Virus record (IMG/VR): IMGVR_UViG_3300013093_000056
Coordinates: 1-55,927 of that record
DNA: 55,927 bases
From: a virus
Lineage: Duplodnaviria; Caudoviricetes
Reading direction: 5' to 3' (one strand)
Shown here: piece after piece, positions 26,888-36,859 of the stretch
Layout of the letters: every line of letters begins with the position of its first letter
Numbering within the stretch: position 1 is the stretch's first letter
Position numbers and translations under genes: made by a program
Notes under the pieces: generated by a model
Databases searched by the model: none
The model's input: the letters and a program-made list of their open reading frames with translations, nothing else
What the model was told of the DNA's origin: nothing

Positions 26888-28387
26888 ATGTCAGGTATTT
26901 TTAATAATAACATTCTAAGTAAGTTTGTTTCTCAAATGATTGAGGATGTCAACTATCCTTATTCAAATTACTATATCACTTTTGGTAAATTTAACAATTG
27001 GCCAGATGACTCAAATCCTCCTGTTCCAAACACAAGCATTCAATCATCATTTTATGATGTAAGCTCTAATATGCTTGTTGGTAAAAAACTAGCTCCAACA
27101 GATTTTGCATACATGGCCAACAAGTATGTTTGGTCAAGTGGAACAGTGTATAATTACTATACTCATACTGATCCTGCAATCTTTAGCGAACAATATTATG
27201 TCGTAACAAGTAAGAATAGAGTTTATAAATGCTTGTTTAATAACTTTGGTGCTCCATCTACAGTAGAACCATCATTGACATTGAACACAGGTGACTTTAA
27301 TACAGCTGATGGATACAAATGGAAATATCTTTATTCAATTGATAGTTTAAGTAACAAAAAGTTTACAACTACAACTTACATACCTATTATCCCAAACCAA
27401 TCAGTTACTAACTTTGCTGAAAATGGTGCAATACATGTATTGTTGGTGGATAATCCTGGCCAAGGTTACATTTCTGCAAATGGTAGTATTGTTAGTACAA
27501 TTGATACTCAGACATTCCAAATCTCTAATAGTGGTTCTTCTAGTATTTCTGGATCTTACAATGGATCTACGATGTACATCTATGGAGGAAGTGGACTTGG
27601 AGCGACCTCTACAGTTACAAATTATGTTGTAAATACTACTGGCAAGTTTGTATTCACAAACAGTTCAATTCCTGGAACTGATAGTACTTCGTTGTTTTCT
27701 ATTACACCAAGAGTTAGCGTAGTAGGTGATGGTCAAAACCATAGAGCTCTAACAACTGTGGATCCAACAACTGGTTCTATAACTGGTATACAAGTTATTA
27801 AAAGAGGTACTGGTTATTCTTTTGCTAATGTGGCAATTGTTGCAAATTCCAATTTTGGTAATGGTGCAACTGCTCATGCTATTATTTCACCTCCAGGTGG
27901 TCATGGTTCAAACACAATTTCAGAAATGGGTTGTACAACACTTGGTATTTCTATGACAACTACACAAGGTGATAACTTTCCATCTTGGTTAACATATAGA
28001 CAAATTGCACTTGCTTATAATCCTACTGCTTCTGCTAATGCAACAACATTCCAAGATGCAACTTTCAATCAAATGACTAATATGGGTGTATTGGTTGCTC
28101 AAAGTCTTTTAAATACTGGCGAAGTAATCAAAGGATTCAATAGCGGTGCAACTGCCACTATTGCATATATGAATACAACTAGCATGTATGTTCTTGGAGA
28201 TGTTGGTTCGTTTACACCATATGAATCTATTACATCATTATCATCTGGTAAAACTATTATTATTTCTACTATAAATACTAAACAATTGGTACCTAACTCT
28301 GCACAAATTCTTTATTATAAGAATATTCAACCAATTAGCAGACAAGGAATCAATTCAGAAGAAGTAAAGCTGTACTTTAATTTTTAA
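26888..28387 (+). CDS. gp8: Baseplate wedge gp8
   Basis: W.SGTVY, YYVVT...VYKCLFN, DGYKWKYLY and ISPPGGHG motifs. Confidence 0.9.
   Translation: MSGIFNNNILSKFVSQMIEDVNYPYSNYYITFGKFNNWPDDSNPPVPNTSIQSSFYDVSSNMLVGKKLAPTDFAYMANKYVWSSGTVYNYYTHTDPAIFSEQYYVVTSKNRVYKCLFNNFGAPSTVEPSLTLNTGDFNTADGYKWKYLYSIDSLSNKKFTTTTYIPIIPNQSVTNFAENGAIHVLLVDNPGQGYISANGSIVSTIDTQTFQISNSGSSSISGSYNGSTMYIYGGSGLGATSTVTNYVVNTTGKFVFTNSSIPGTDSTSLFSITPRVSVVGDGQNHRALTTVDPTTGSITGIQVIKRGTGYSFANVAIVANSNFGNGATAHAIISPPGGHGSNTISEMGCTTLGISMTTTQGDNFPSWLTYRQIALAYNPTASANATTFQDATFNQMTNMGVLVAQSLLNTGEVIKGFNSGATATIAYMNTTSMYVLGDVGSFTPYESITSLSSGKTIIISTINTKQLVPNSAQILYYKNIQPISRQGINSEEVKLYFNF
28270..28277 (+). promoter_or_regulatory. Possible internal late promoter
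   Basis: TATAAATA about 120 nt upstream of the 28397 ORF. Confidence 0.45.
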
Positions 28388-28396
28388 GGACCAATA

Positions 28397-31300
28397 ATGG
28401 CTACTCTACAAACAAATTTTAATGTTGCTCCATATTATGATGACTTTGATCCAAACAAGCAGTATTACAGAATATTGTTTCGTCCAGCCACAGCTGTCCA
28501 AGCAAGAGAACTAACTCAGCTTCAATCAATTCTTCAAAATCAAATTTCTGTATTTGGTTCCAGCATTTACCAAGATGGGACAATTATTTCTGGATGTGGA
28601 TTTACACAGTATCCTAATATTCCACAAGTAAAATTCAAGGACAGTAACACAACTACATTAGATTTTGGTGTACTTACATTGAATCATTCTGATCTAGCAA
28701 ATGCAAATATGCTAGTTTCTAACACCACAGGTGTAAGAGCCGTAGTATTTAGAGCTTTCAATGGAGCAGAATCTGCTGTTAATGCAGGTTTAGCAGATAC
28801 CAACAGAGCTTATATTCAATACCTTACTACTGGTAATAATGCTGGTGTTCAAGTTTCTACTTTTAATACGACAAGTGAACAGATTGATGTTTATTCACCA
28901 GCACAAGATTATATGGGTCCTCTTGTAGCAGCAAACAAACTAGGATCAATTTATACTCTTTCATCAAATGCTACTGTTAATGCACTAGGTGTTGGATATG
29001 GTATTCATTTGGCTCAAGGTCAAATCTATCAAAAAGGATTTTTCCTAAAAACAAATCCTGATAATTTTATCATAAGAGAGCATGTTTCAAATGCTGTTGG
29101 AATCAAGGTAGGATTCAGTACTCAAGAATATATTGTACAACCATCAGCTGATCCTTCACTATACGACAATTCAATTGGTAGCGTTAACTATAGTGCTCCA
29201 GGAGCTCACAGATTACAACTTGTTCCCACTGCTGTTTACTATGATTCATCCAATACACTAGTATCTGTCCCTACTGGATTCCTTCCAGTTCTTGATTTTA
29301 GTGGCGGTCCTGGTACTCCTGTTACTTCTAATCCAGATCCTCAATTGGCAGCAATTGGTGATATCATGGCAAAGAGAACATTTGAGGAATCAGGTGACTA
29401 TGTTGTTACGCCATTCCAAATTGATGTCACTTCTCACGAATCAAACAACCAATTGTTTTATTATGGATTGACTCCAGGTATTGCATATGTTGACGGTTAT
29501 AGAGTAGAACTTCTTTCAACAAAGAAGGTAGCTGTTCCTAGAGCTATTACTACTGATTGGCAAGGCAATCAAAAAGTTACTGCTAACTTCGGTAATTATA
29601 TTAGACTTAGAAACGTAGCAGGTACATTTGATATTGGTAACCTTCAAGAAATTACATTCTATAGTGCAAACCAAAATATTCTAAGTCTTAATAACACTAT
29701 GAATAATCCATTGGGTAATCCTGTTGGAAAAGCAAACATTAGAGCTATTAACTATAGCACAATCAGCTCTACTCAAAATTATAAGGGCTTCCCTACAGGT
29801 GAAATGTTGGCTTATATTTTCAACGTAAGAATGAACCAAGGTTCTTCTTTTGCTGCAAACGCAAAAAGCATATTTGCTACAGGTTCTACTGGAGGAAACT
29901 TTGGTGCAGTATGGGGTGATCTTGTACCAAATGCAATCACAGGTCAATCAGAAATTCTAGAACCTACCAATGGACTGTTAATTTATAATACAGGTTTGAC
30001 TGGTGTAAAGAGCTTAACAAGTAATACTGGTGTTAATGTTACAAACTATATCTATAGAGTAACACAAACTACTGCAATGACAAGAAGTGGTGGTGGAGCT
30101 GCTGCTAACTTTACTGCTCCTTATGATACTTATAATTACGGTCTAGGAGCACTTTCAGTATCTAACGAAACTGCTGTAAACTTAATGTTTGCGCAAGATA
30201 CAGAATCTAACCCAGTTCTTACACCTTCATCTTCTCCAACAATTAATACACATTGTGTTGGATCTCAAGGTATTTCATCTACTACATCTAATATTAACTT
30301 CTTAGACACTTCATTCAATTATTCTTCTCTTTCTAGCAATGCTTATATGAGAGCAGGAGCAGGTGTAAAACTATACTATAACAATGGATCTGGTGTTACA
30401 AATTCTATTCATACTATTGTTTCTATCAATAGTGCTAATAGTATGACAGTATATCCTGCTTTGACTGGAATACCGGTAGCTAACACTATTACAATTTCTA
30501 AGTGGTTTAAAAAGGGTACATATGTAGATTTCTCTGGTAGCGGAAACTCTATCATTATGACTTCTTCTACAACTTGTACTGCAAACGTATCGTTTGATCC
30601 TCTTACTGGTCAATCATATTCTTTTAATCTCCAAATGCCTCTATCAAAGGCATCTGCTCTTCCAATTCAAAAAGTTCCTAACAAAGGAATTTACGTTGCA
30701 ATCAACTGCGCATCACATTGGGCTGGATCTGCTGGTCCATGGAATCTAGGATTGCCAGATGTATACAGTATTTCTAACATATATGTAGGAAGCACTTTTG
30801 ATATTGCAAATCCAGATAAAACTGGTTGGTTCCAATTGAATCCTAACCAATCAGATACTGCTTACAACCTTTCACAATTAAACTTGCTTCCTCAGTATAA
30901 AGGTTACATTAATTCATCTTCTAGAATTCTTGTTAAGTTGAATAGTTTTACAGCAAATGTCTCTACAACAAAAGCAGGATTTTTCTCTATTGATTCTTAT
31001 CCTATCGATGATGCAAATACAGCAAATACTCAAGCAATTCAAACAGCACAAATTCCTGTATACAATTCTGTTTCAGGATTAATATATGATCTTAGAAATT
31101 GGATTGATTTTAGACCTGTTTTTGCTAATACTGCTGTAGTAACAAACGTATTTTCTTCTGCTACAATTAATCCTGCAAATAATAATTCAGTATTTGTCAC
31201 AGGTGGTAATCCAATAGCAATTGAACCTAATGCTAATTTCGTATACAATGTTCTTTATTACCTTCCAAGAATTGACAATTTGGTTATTAATAAAGATGGT

Positions 31301-31429
31301 ACATTAGATACCAAGTTTGGAACACCTTCACTTAACCCTGTACCTCAATCAATAAATACATCTGGATTAAAGGTAGCAACTATCAGCGTTCCTCCTTATC
31401 CTTCATTAACATTTACAGAAGCGCAGTAA
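28397..31429 (+). CDS. Large virion structural protein, N-terminal part (DUF4815/VrlC-like)
   Basis: FNVAPYYDDFD...YYRILFRP..AVQARELTQLQSILQNQI, APGAHRL, RTFEESGDYVV, IDFRP and YYLPRID motifs. Confidence 0.85.
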   Translation: MATLQTNFNVAPYYDDFDPNKQYYRILFRPATAVQARELTQLQSILQNQISVFGSSIYQDGTIISGCGFTQYPNIPQVKFKDSNTTTLDFGVLTLNHSDLANANMLVSNTTGVRAVVFRAFNGAESAVNAGLADTNRAYIQYLTTGNNAGVQVSTFNTTSEQIDVYSPAQDYMGPLVAANKLGSIYTLSSNATVNALGVGYGIHLAQGQIYQKGFFLKTNPDNFIIREHVSNAVGIKVGFSTQEYIVQPSADPSLYDNSIGSVNYSAPGAHRLQLVPTAVYYDSSNTLVSVPTGFLPVLDFSGGPGTPVTSNPDPQLAAIGDIMAKRTFEESGDYVVTPFQIDVTSHESNNQLFYYGLTPGIAYVDGYRVELLSTKKVAVPRAITTDWQGNQKVTANFGNYIRLRNVAGTFDIGNLQEITFYSANQNILSLNNTMNNPLGNPVGKANIRAINYSTISSTQNYKGFPTGEMLAYIFNVRMNQGSSFAANAKSIFATGSTGGNFGAVWGDLVPNAITGQSEILEPTNGLLIYNTGLTGVKSLTSNTGVNVTNYIYRVTQTTAMTRSGGGAAANFTAPYDTYNYGLGALSVSNETAVNLMFAQDTESNPVLTPSSSPTINTHCVGSQGISSTTSNINFLDTSFNYSSLSSNAYMRAGAGVKLYYNNGSGVTNSIHTIVSINSANSMTVYPALTGIPVANTITISKWFKKGTYVDFSGSGNSIIMTSSTTCTANVSFDPLTGQSYSFNLQMPLSKASALPIQKVPNKGIYVAINCASHWAGSAGPWNLGLPDVYSISNIYVGSTFDIANPDKTGWFQLNPNQSDTAYNLSQLNLLPQYKGYINSSSRILVKLNSFTANVSTTKAGFFSIDSYPIDDANTANTQAIQTAQIPVYNSVSGLIYDLRNWIDFRPVFANTAVVTNVFSSATINPANNNSVFVTGGNPIAIEPNANFVYNVLYYLPRIDNLVINKDGTLDTKFGTPSLNPVPQSINTSGLKVATISVPPYPSLTFTEAQ

Positions 31430-31430
31430 T

Positions 31431-34400
31431 ATGACATATGGTAGACCCGATCTTGCAGTTCAAGTTGCTCTAAGCAATTACAAAGGCTACACAATGAAAG
31501 ACATTGGTGGCCTCGATCAAAGAATTAAAAATCTAGAATATTACACAGTATTGAATGCACTTGCATTGGATACTCAAACTACTTCTGTAAGAGATTCGAC
31601 TGGTACAATCGAAAGATTTAAGAACGGTATTTTTGCTGATCCTTTTAATGATCCTACATTGTCAAGAACAAACGATATTGAATATAGTATGGCAGTAGAC
31701 TCTACTAAATCTATTGCTCGTCCTAATTTTAACGAATTGTTTATTAACTTTGATTTGGCATCTTCTACTAATCTTACCATTGCTGGTAAGACAATCATGC
31801 TCAATTATACAAATGAAAAGTTAACAGCTAATCCATTTGCTACCACTTACCGCAATTGTACAGAACAATATTTCAGCTTTAAGGGTAAATTAACAACATA
31901 TCCTAGTTTTGACAATTCAAATGTGACTAACAATGCTGCACCACAAAATGTTACTGTAGACATTGCAAGTTCATTTTCTGCTGCTGCAGCTAATGGTGCA
32001 TTCAAAGACATTAGTTCTATTGCAGCAGCACCTGTTTTAACAACATCTACCAATAATGGTTCTTCGCAATCTAATTATTGGTCACAGACAACAACAAACA
32101 CCATTACAGATATTAAAGTACAATCAAGTCAAATCCAACAAGATCTTGGTAACTTTGTAAAAGACGTAGCTCTTTTACCATATATGAACTCAAGAACAAT
32201 TGCAATTGTTGCAACTGGAATGAAGCCAAATACAGTACTTCATCCTTTCTTTGATGGAACAGATGTTACACAATATTGTTCTCCAGCATCTGTTGCTAGT
32301 GCTTATCAATTGACTGATGGTTCAGGAAGATTAGATGCAACCAAAATTAATGGTATAGCTGCTGGAAGTGAAAATTCAATACTTCAACAAGCAGGTGCTA
32401 TGGGTTCTACAATCATATCAGATCAATATGGTAATGCTTATTGCATTTTTATTATTCCTGCAAATAAATTTAGATCTGGTGATAGAACATTTACTTTAAC
32501 CAACACCACAGATTTAACTACACCTGCTTCAATAACAACTATTGCAGAAGGAATTTATACTTCTTCTTCACTCGCAGTTACTCAACAGCCTCTTTCCTTC
32601 TCATTAATTCAACCAACATTTACTCCAACAACAACATCATATAATACAAATGTTACATGGGTAGACACTGTTAATTTTCCTCCACCTCCACCTCCTCCTC
32701 CTTCTTCTGGCGGAGGACATGGATGTTGTTTTGATGGAGAAGCCAATGTTACTATGGCAGATGGGTCATTAAAACAAATTAAATTGATAGAAATAGGAGA
32801 TTTGGTTTTAAATTCTAATGGTAATTATAGCAAAGTAGTTGGAATTGAAAAACCAATCCTAGCCAATAGAAAAATGTACAGCTTTAATAACAATTATGCT
32901 TTCGTATCTGAGGAACATCCTTTCCTTACTACTGAAGGTTGGGGTGCTTTTAATCCAGAAAGCTGGGCAGTAGAAAAACCATTTAAAAATAAACTTATTA
33001 AAATTAAAGAAGGCACTACACTTAAAACTCTGAACGGAGAAGAAACTGTTACTGATATTAAAGAAGTAACAGAGGATGCTAACAAAATAATTTATAATTT
33101 GCTATTAGAAGGTGATCATACTTACTATGTTGAAAACTACCTTGTACATAACAAGGATCCAGTAGGTGAAACTTTTGTTATTGGTAATCTAATTCAAGAA
33201 AGAATTCCAGGCACATACTTAACACAAGTTGGTGTATACTTCCAAAGCAAGAGTCCTACTCTTGGTATCAGTTTGGTTGTAGTTCAAACATTGGCTGGTT
33301 TGCCTGACAGTACTAAGATAGTTGGCCAAGCATACCTACATAGTTCTCAAGTCGTAACAAGTGACGATTCATCAGCCGAAACTGTGTTTACACTTTATAC
33401 TCCTGCTCTACTTCAAGCAGATGCTACATATGCATTTTATCTTTCTCCAGATGGACCAAATCCTGACTACAATGTGTTTATTTCAGAAGTAGGTGGTGTT
33501 GATATTCTAACTGGTCAATACATTTCTCAACAACCTTATACTGGAGTACTTGTTGCTTCTTCTAGTGGAACTACATGGACAACTTATCAAGCCCAAGATA
33601 TTAAATTTAATCTATACAGAGCTAAATTTACTTCTACATCAGGTACAGCAGTGTTTAGAAATACTCCTGATGATTATATTACAGTTCAAAACATCTATAG
33701 AACATCAGCTAATGGATATCCAATTCAACCTGGTGACTTAGTTTATTGTGCAAACAATTCTAATCCTTCTCAAACACTTTATACCAACAACCAAATTTAT
33801 CCTTTTGGTAAGGTAAAATATGCCGATGAAACAAAAGGTATTATCTACATTAATCGTTCAAATGGATTGTTTACAAACCAAGCAGGTATCTATAGTAACC
33901 TAAGAATTTATAGAACTCCTGATCCTTCAAACACATCGTACATTAATAGTTCTTACCAAATAGCAAACTGTCAAATTGTTTCAGTTGATGATATTATCTA
34001 CCATGGTTTTGTTCCAAAATATAATATCTTCCAACCTGTAGGAACAACAGTTTCTGGTTCTTATTATGGAACAAGCAATAGTTCAAGTAGCTTCCAAAAA
34101 GATTCAATAGGATTGTCTACATTAAATGAAACATTATTCCTACAAAATGACTATGAAAGAGTTGTAAGAAGCTATTCTAATGAAGTTGCTCAAGGTGGTT
34201 TTGGTTCCAATGGAACAGCAACAGAAGTATGGACATTGAATTCAGGTAATATGTATTTGTCACCTGTAATTGATCTAAGAACAAGATCTTTTGACTATAT
34301 CCAAAACTTGATTAATAATGATGCAACAAACGAATATACACGTTATGGAAATGCAAAAACAAGATATATTTCTAAAGTAATTTCCCTAAACACTCTTTCA

Positions 34401-34859
34401 CAAGACTTGCTTGTATATTTGACAGCCTATAAGCCAGTTCAAGCACAACTTCTTGTGTTTGCTAAGTTCTTTAGAAGTGATGTTGATTCAAGCCAGTTTG
34501 ATAACAAACTATGGACTCAGTTACAGTTTAAGAGTACTAACCTCTACAACCAAGCTCCTACAACTACAGTAATTCCTGATAGTTCACAATCAGATTTAAA
34601 TGATTACAGAGAATTGGTTTTTGGTATACCTCAAGCTATAAATGGTTCTGGTACAATTACGTCACCTACATCTTTGGCAACTACTGGATGGGGTGATATT
34701 AATAACAAGGGTATTCTAACATATACAGATGAGCTTGGTGCACTACATCAAGGATTCAATATGTTTGCTCTTAAGATTGTATTCCTTTCTTCTGATCCAA
34801 CAAAAATACCTACTCTAAGAGACGTTAGAGGAATTGCAACTATGTTAAGCAGTGGTTGA
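31431..34859 (+). CDS. Large virion structural protein, C-terminal part (DUF4815/VrlC-like), containing a Hint domain
   Basis: YTMKDIG.L..RIKNLEYYT.L, RFKNGIFADPF, DP..ETF, QDIKFNLYRAKF, SPVIDL and FALKIV motifs. Confidence 0.85.
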   Translation: MTYGRPDLAVQVALSNYKGYTMKDIGGLDQRIKNLEYYTVLNALALDTQTTSVRDSTGTIERFKNGIFADPFNDPTLSRTNDIEYSMAVDSTKSIARPNFNELFINFDLASSTNLTIAGKTIMLNYTNEKLTANPFATTYRNCTEQYFSFKGKLTTYPSFDNSNVTNNAAPQNVTVDIASSFSAAAANGAFKDISSIAAAPVLTTSTNNGSSQSNYWSQTTTNTITDIKVQSSQIQQDLGNFVKDVALLPYMNSRTIAIVATGMKPNTVLHPFFDGTDVTQYCSPASVASAYQLTDGSGRLDATKINGIAAGSENSILQQAGAMGSTIISDQYGNAYCIFIIPANKFRSGDRTFTLTNTTDLTTPASITTIAEGIYTSSSLAVTQQPLSFSLIQPTFTPTTTSYNTNVTWVDTVNFPPPPPPPPSSGGGHGCCFDGEANVTMADGSLKQIKLIEIGDLVLNSNGNYSKVVGIEKPILANRKMYSFNNNYAFVSEEHPFLTTEGWGAFNPESWAVEKPFKNKLIKIKEGTTLKTLNGEETVTDIKEVTEDANKIIYNLLLEGDHTYYVENYLVHNKDPVGETFVIGNLIQERIPGTYLTQVGVYFQSKSPTLGISLVVVQTLAGLPDSTKIVGQAYLHSSQVVTSDDSSAETVFTLYTPALLQADATYAFYLSPDGPNPDYNVFISEVGGVDILTGQYISQQPYTGVLVASSSGTTWTTYQAQDIKFNLYRAKFTSTSGTAVFRNTPDDYITVQNIYRTSANGYPIQPGDLVYCANNSNPSQTLYTNNQIYPFGKVKYADETKGIIYINRSNGLFTNQAGIYSNLRIYRTPDPSNTSYINSSYQIANCQIVSVDDIIYHGFVPKYNIFQPVGTTVSGSYYGTSNSSSSFQKDSIGLSTLNETLFLQNDYERVVRSYSNEVAQGGFGSNGTATEVWTLNSGNMYLSPVIDLRTRSFDYIQNLINNDATNEYTRYGNAKTRYISKVISLNTLSQDLLVYLTAYKPVQAQLLVFAKFFRSDVDSSQFDNKLWTQLQFKSTNLYNQAPTTTVIPDSSQSDLNDYRELVFGIPQAINGSGTITSPTSLATTGWGDINNKGILTYTDELGALHQGFNMFALKIVFLSSDPTKIPTLRDVRGIATMLSSG
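32727..33152 (+). other. Hint (intein/BIL-like) autoprocessing domain, 142 aa, no homing endonuclease
   Basis: Block A CFDGEANVTMADG, block B SEEHPF, block F IYNLLLEGDHTYYV, block G LVHN; +1 residue is Lys. Confidence 0.9.
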
Positions 34860-34862
34860 TAA

Positions 34863-35087
34863 ATGAAAGACATTAATGGTGGCTTTTTTCAACAACCTGG
34901 CAATCCTGGTGCATTGATAAACAATGACTTGGATGGATACAATGCTTTTCTTTTGGCTGAAAAGCATAGAGAAGAAACAAGAAACAAATTAAACGAAATA
35001 AATAATATTAAACAAGAAGTAGATGGAATAAAACAAGACATCTCAGATATTAAGAGTCTTCTATTAAAGGTATTGGAAAATAAATGA
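34863..35087 (+). CDS. Conserved small T4-like coiled-coil protein
   Basis: GALIN.D..GY and DISDIKSLL motifs; usual position after the DUF4815 gene. Confidence 0.75.
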   Translation: MKDINGGFFQQPGNPGALINNDLDGYNAFLLAEKHREETRNKLNEINNIKQEVDGIKQDISDIKSLLLKVLENK

Positions 35088-36859
35088 CAGTTGCAATTCC
35101 TCAGATTATACAATCAACTGATTCGTTTGGTCAGTGGCTGACTAAAACCAATTACCTTCTTGCAATTGCAAATAACCTTGCAGTTACAGTAAATTCTAAC
35201 ACTGCAGTAGGTGATGCAGGAATCACAGGATTCTTTACTGCTAATAATCTACTAGCAAATTCTGGTTCTGTATTTGTAGGAATATCTGCTGCAAATTCTG
35301 TAGTTAATGCTACTGCTCTTACATTCCAAACATCTACAACAACCAATACAATCTATAGCGCTTCTGGTTTGGTTATTAATGGGGTCACCGCTCTAAGTCA
35401 ATATACATTGAATATGGGCAACACATTAATTACAAGTTCGAACATTACCACTAACTCTGCATACTTTACAAGTAATGTTGCTATTGGTGGAAATGTAACA
35501 ATTTCTAATACTTCAATTACAACTATTAATTCAAATACTCAATATTCTTGGGTATCACAAATTCAAAACGTTGGCGATGTTCTTGCTAACACCTTCATTA
35601 ACAGAAATGGTGTTGCTGTCTATAGTAATCCTACAGGATCACAAGTTGTTAATAGTTATATGACATCTACTGATCTTTGGATTAGTAGAGTACATTGTGA
35701 TCAAGTTCTTCTTTCTGGATTAGCAGGTGGAACAACATCTTTCCCAGGTAATACTCACTTCCTTGGTGCAAACAATTACTTTGATTATGGATTGAATTCT
35801 AACGGTGACATCACTATTGTAAATGGTGGAAGATTACACATCATTACTAGCAATCCACTTGGTGCAGAACCTATCAACAGCAATGCAGCTATCATCATTG
35901 ACAACAATGGTCAAAATCTAATTCAATTTCGAAACAGTGCTGATACTGGTCAATATAGTGGCCTTATCTTTAGTGACAATTCACAAGGTGCATACATTGT
36001 ATATCAATCACCTGGTGGAACTGCTGGAGCAAATGGTGATATTCTAAACTTTGGAGCCAATACTGGTTTTAACTTCTCCATTGGTCCTTCTGATACAAAC
36101 AATGGTGTTGCATTTGAGCCTAATTTGTTTGCTCAAATACTTGCATCAGGTACTACAATTAACAAATATAATGGAACACCATCTTCACCAACACAATCTG
36201 CTGATTGGCCATATCCTGTACTTTCTCTAAGAGGATACAATGACCACTATACAACAGAGTCTATGTTGTCATTTGGTTTTTCAAACGATCCAATCTACAA
36301 ATCTGATGGATCTGTATGGAATTTCAGACTAGTACAAGGTGACGGATCTACAGCACCAAGAACATCAACATCAGCTACTAATCTACAGCTTGGTGGTCCT
36401 GGTGAATTGTGGTTTGGTGTTAACAATACTTTTGGTAATCCAGTAAAAATTCAAAGCACTGGATTGCAAGCTACTTCACTTGGTATTGGTGTAGCTGCAT
36501 CAGGAACTGGTGGTGAAATAAGAGCAACCAATAACATCACTGCTTACTATGCATCAGATAAAACACTTAAAACAAATGTTTCTAACATTACTGATGCACT
36601 AGACAAAGTATTGCAAATTAATGGTGTAGAGTTCGATTGGACCGATCAGTATATCGAGCAACAAGGTGGAGAAGATGGATACTTTGTAAGAAAGCACGAT
36701 GTTGGTGTTATAGCTCAAGAAATTGAACAAGTACTTCCTGAGGTAGTTGCAACAAGAGAAAACGGCACAAAGGCCGTTAAGTATGATCGTATAGTTGCAT
36801 TGTTAATTGAAGCTGTCAAAGAACTTAAAGCGGAAATTGAAACGCTTAAGAAACAGTAA
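35084..36859 (+). CDS. Tail fibre/spike with C-terminal peptidase S74 intramolecular chaperone
   Basis: DSFGQWL.KTN N-terminus; ITAYYA|SDKTLK, GVEFDW, GVIAQEIEQVLPEVV and LLIEAVKEL motifs. Confidence 0.9.
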   Translation: MTVAIPQIIQSTDSFGQWLTKTNYLLAIANNLAVTVNSNTAVGDAGITGFFTANNLLANSGSVFVGISAANSVVNATALTFQTSTTTNTIYSASGLVINGVTALSQYTLNMGNTLITSSNITTNSAYFTSNVAIGGNVTISNTSITTINSNTQYSWVSQIQNVGDVLANTFINRNGVAVYSNPTGSQVVNSYMTSTDLWISRVHCDQVLLSGLAGGTTSFPGNTHFLGANNYFDYGLNSNGDITIVNGGRLHIITSNPLGAEPINSNAAIIIDNNGQNLIQFRNSADTGQYSGLIFSDNSQGAYIVYQSPGGTAGANGDILNFGANTGFNFSIGPSDTNNGVAFEPNLFAQILASGTTINKYNGTPSSPTQSADWPYPVLSLRGYNDHYTTESMLSFGFSNDPIYKSDGSVWNFRLVQGDGSTAPRTSTSATNLQLGGPGELWFGVNNTFGNPVKIQSTGLQATSLGIGVAASGTGGEIRATNNITAYYASDKTLKTNVSNITDALDKVLQINGVEFDWTDQYIEQQGGEDGYFVRKHDVGVIAQEIEQVLPEVVATRENGTKAVKYDRIVALLIEAVKELKAEIETLKKQ

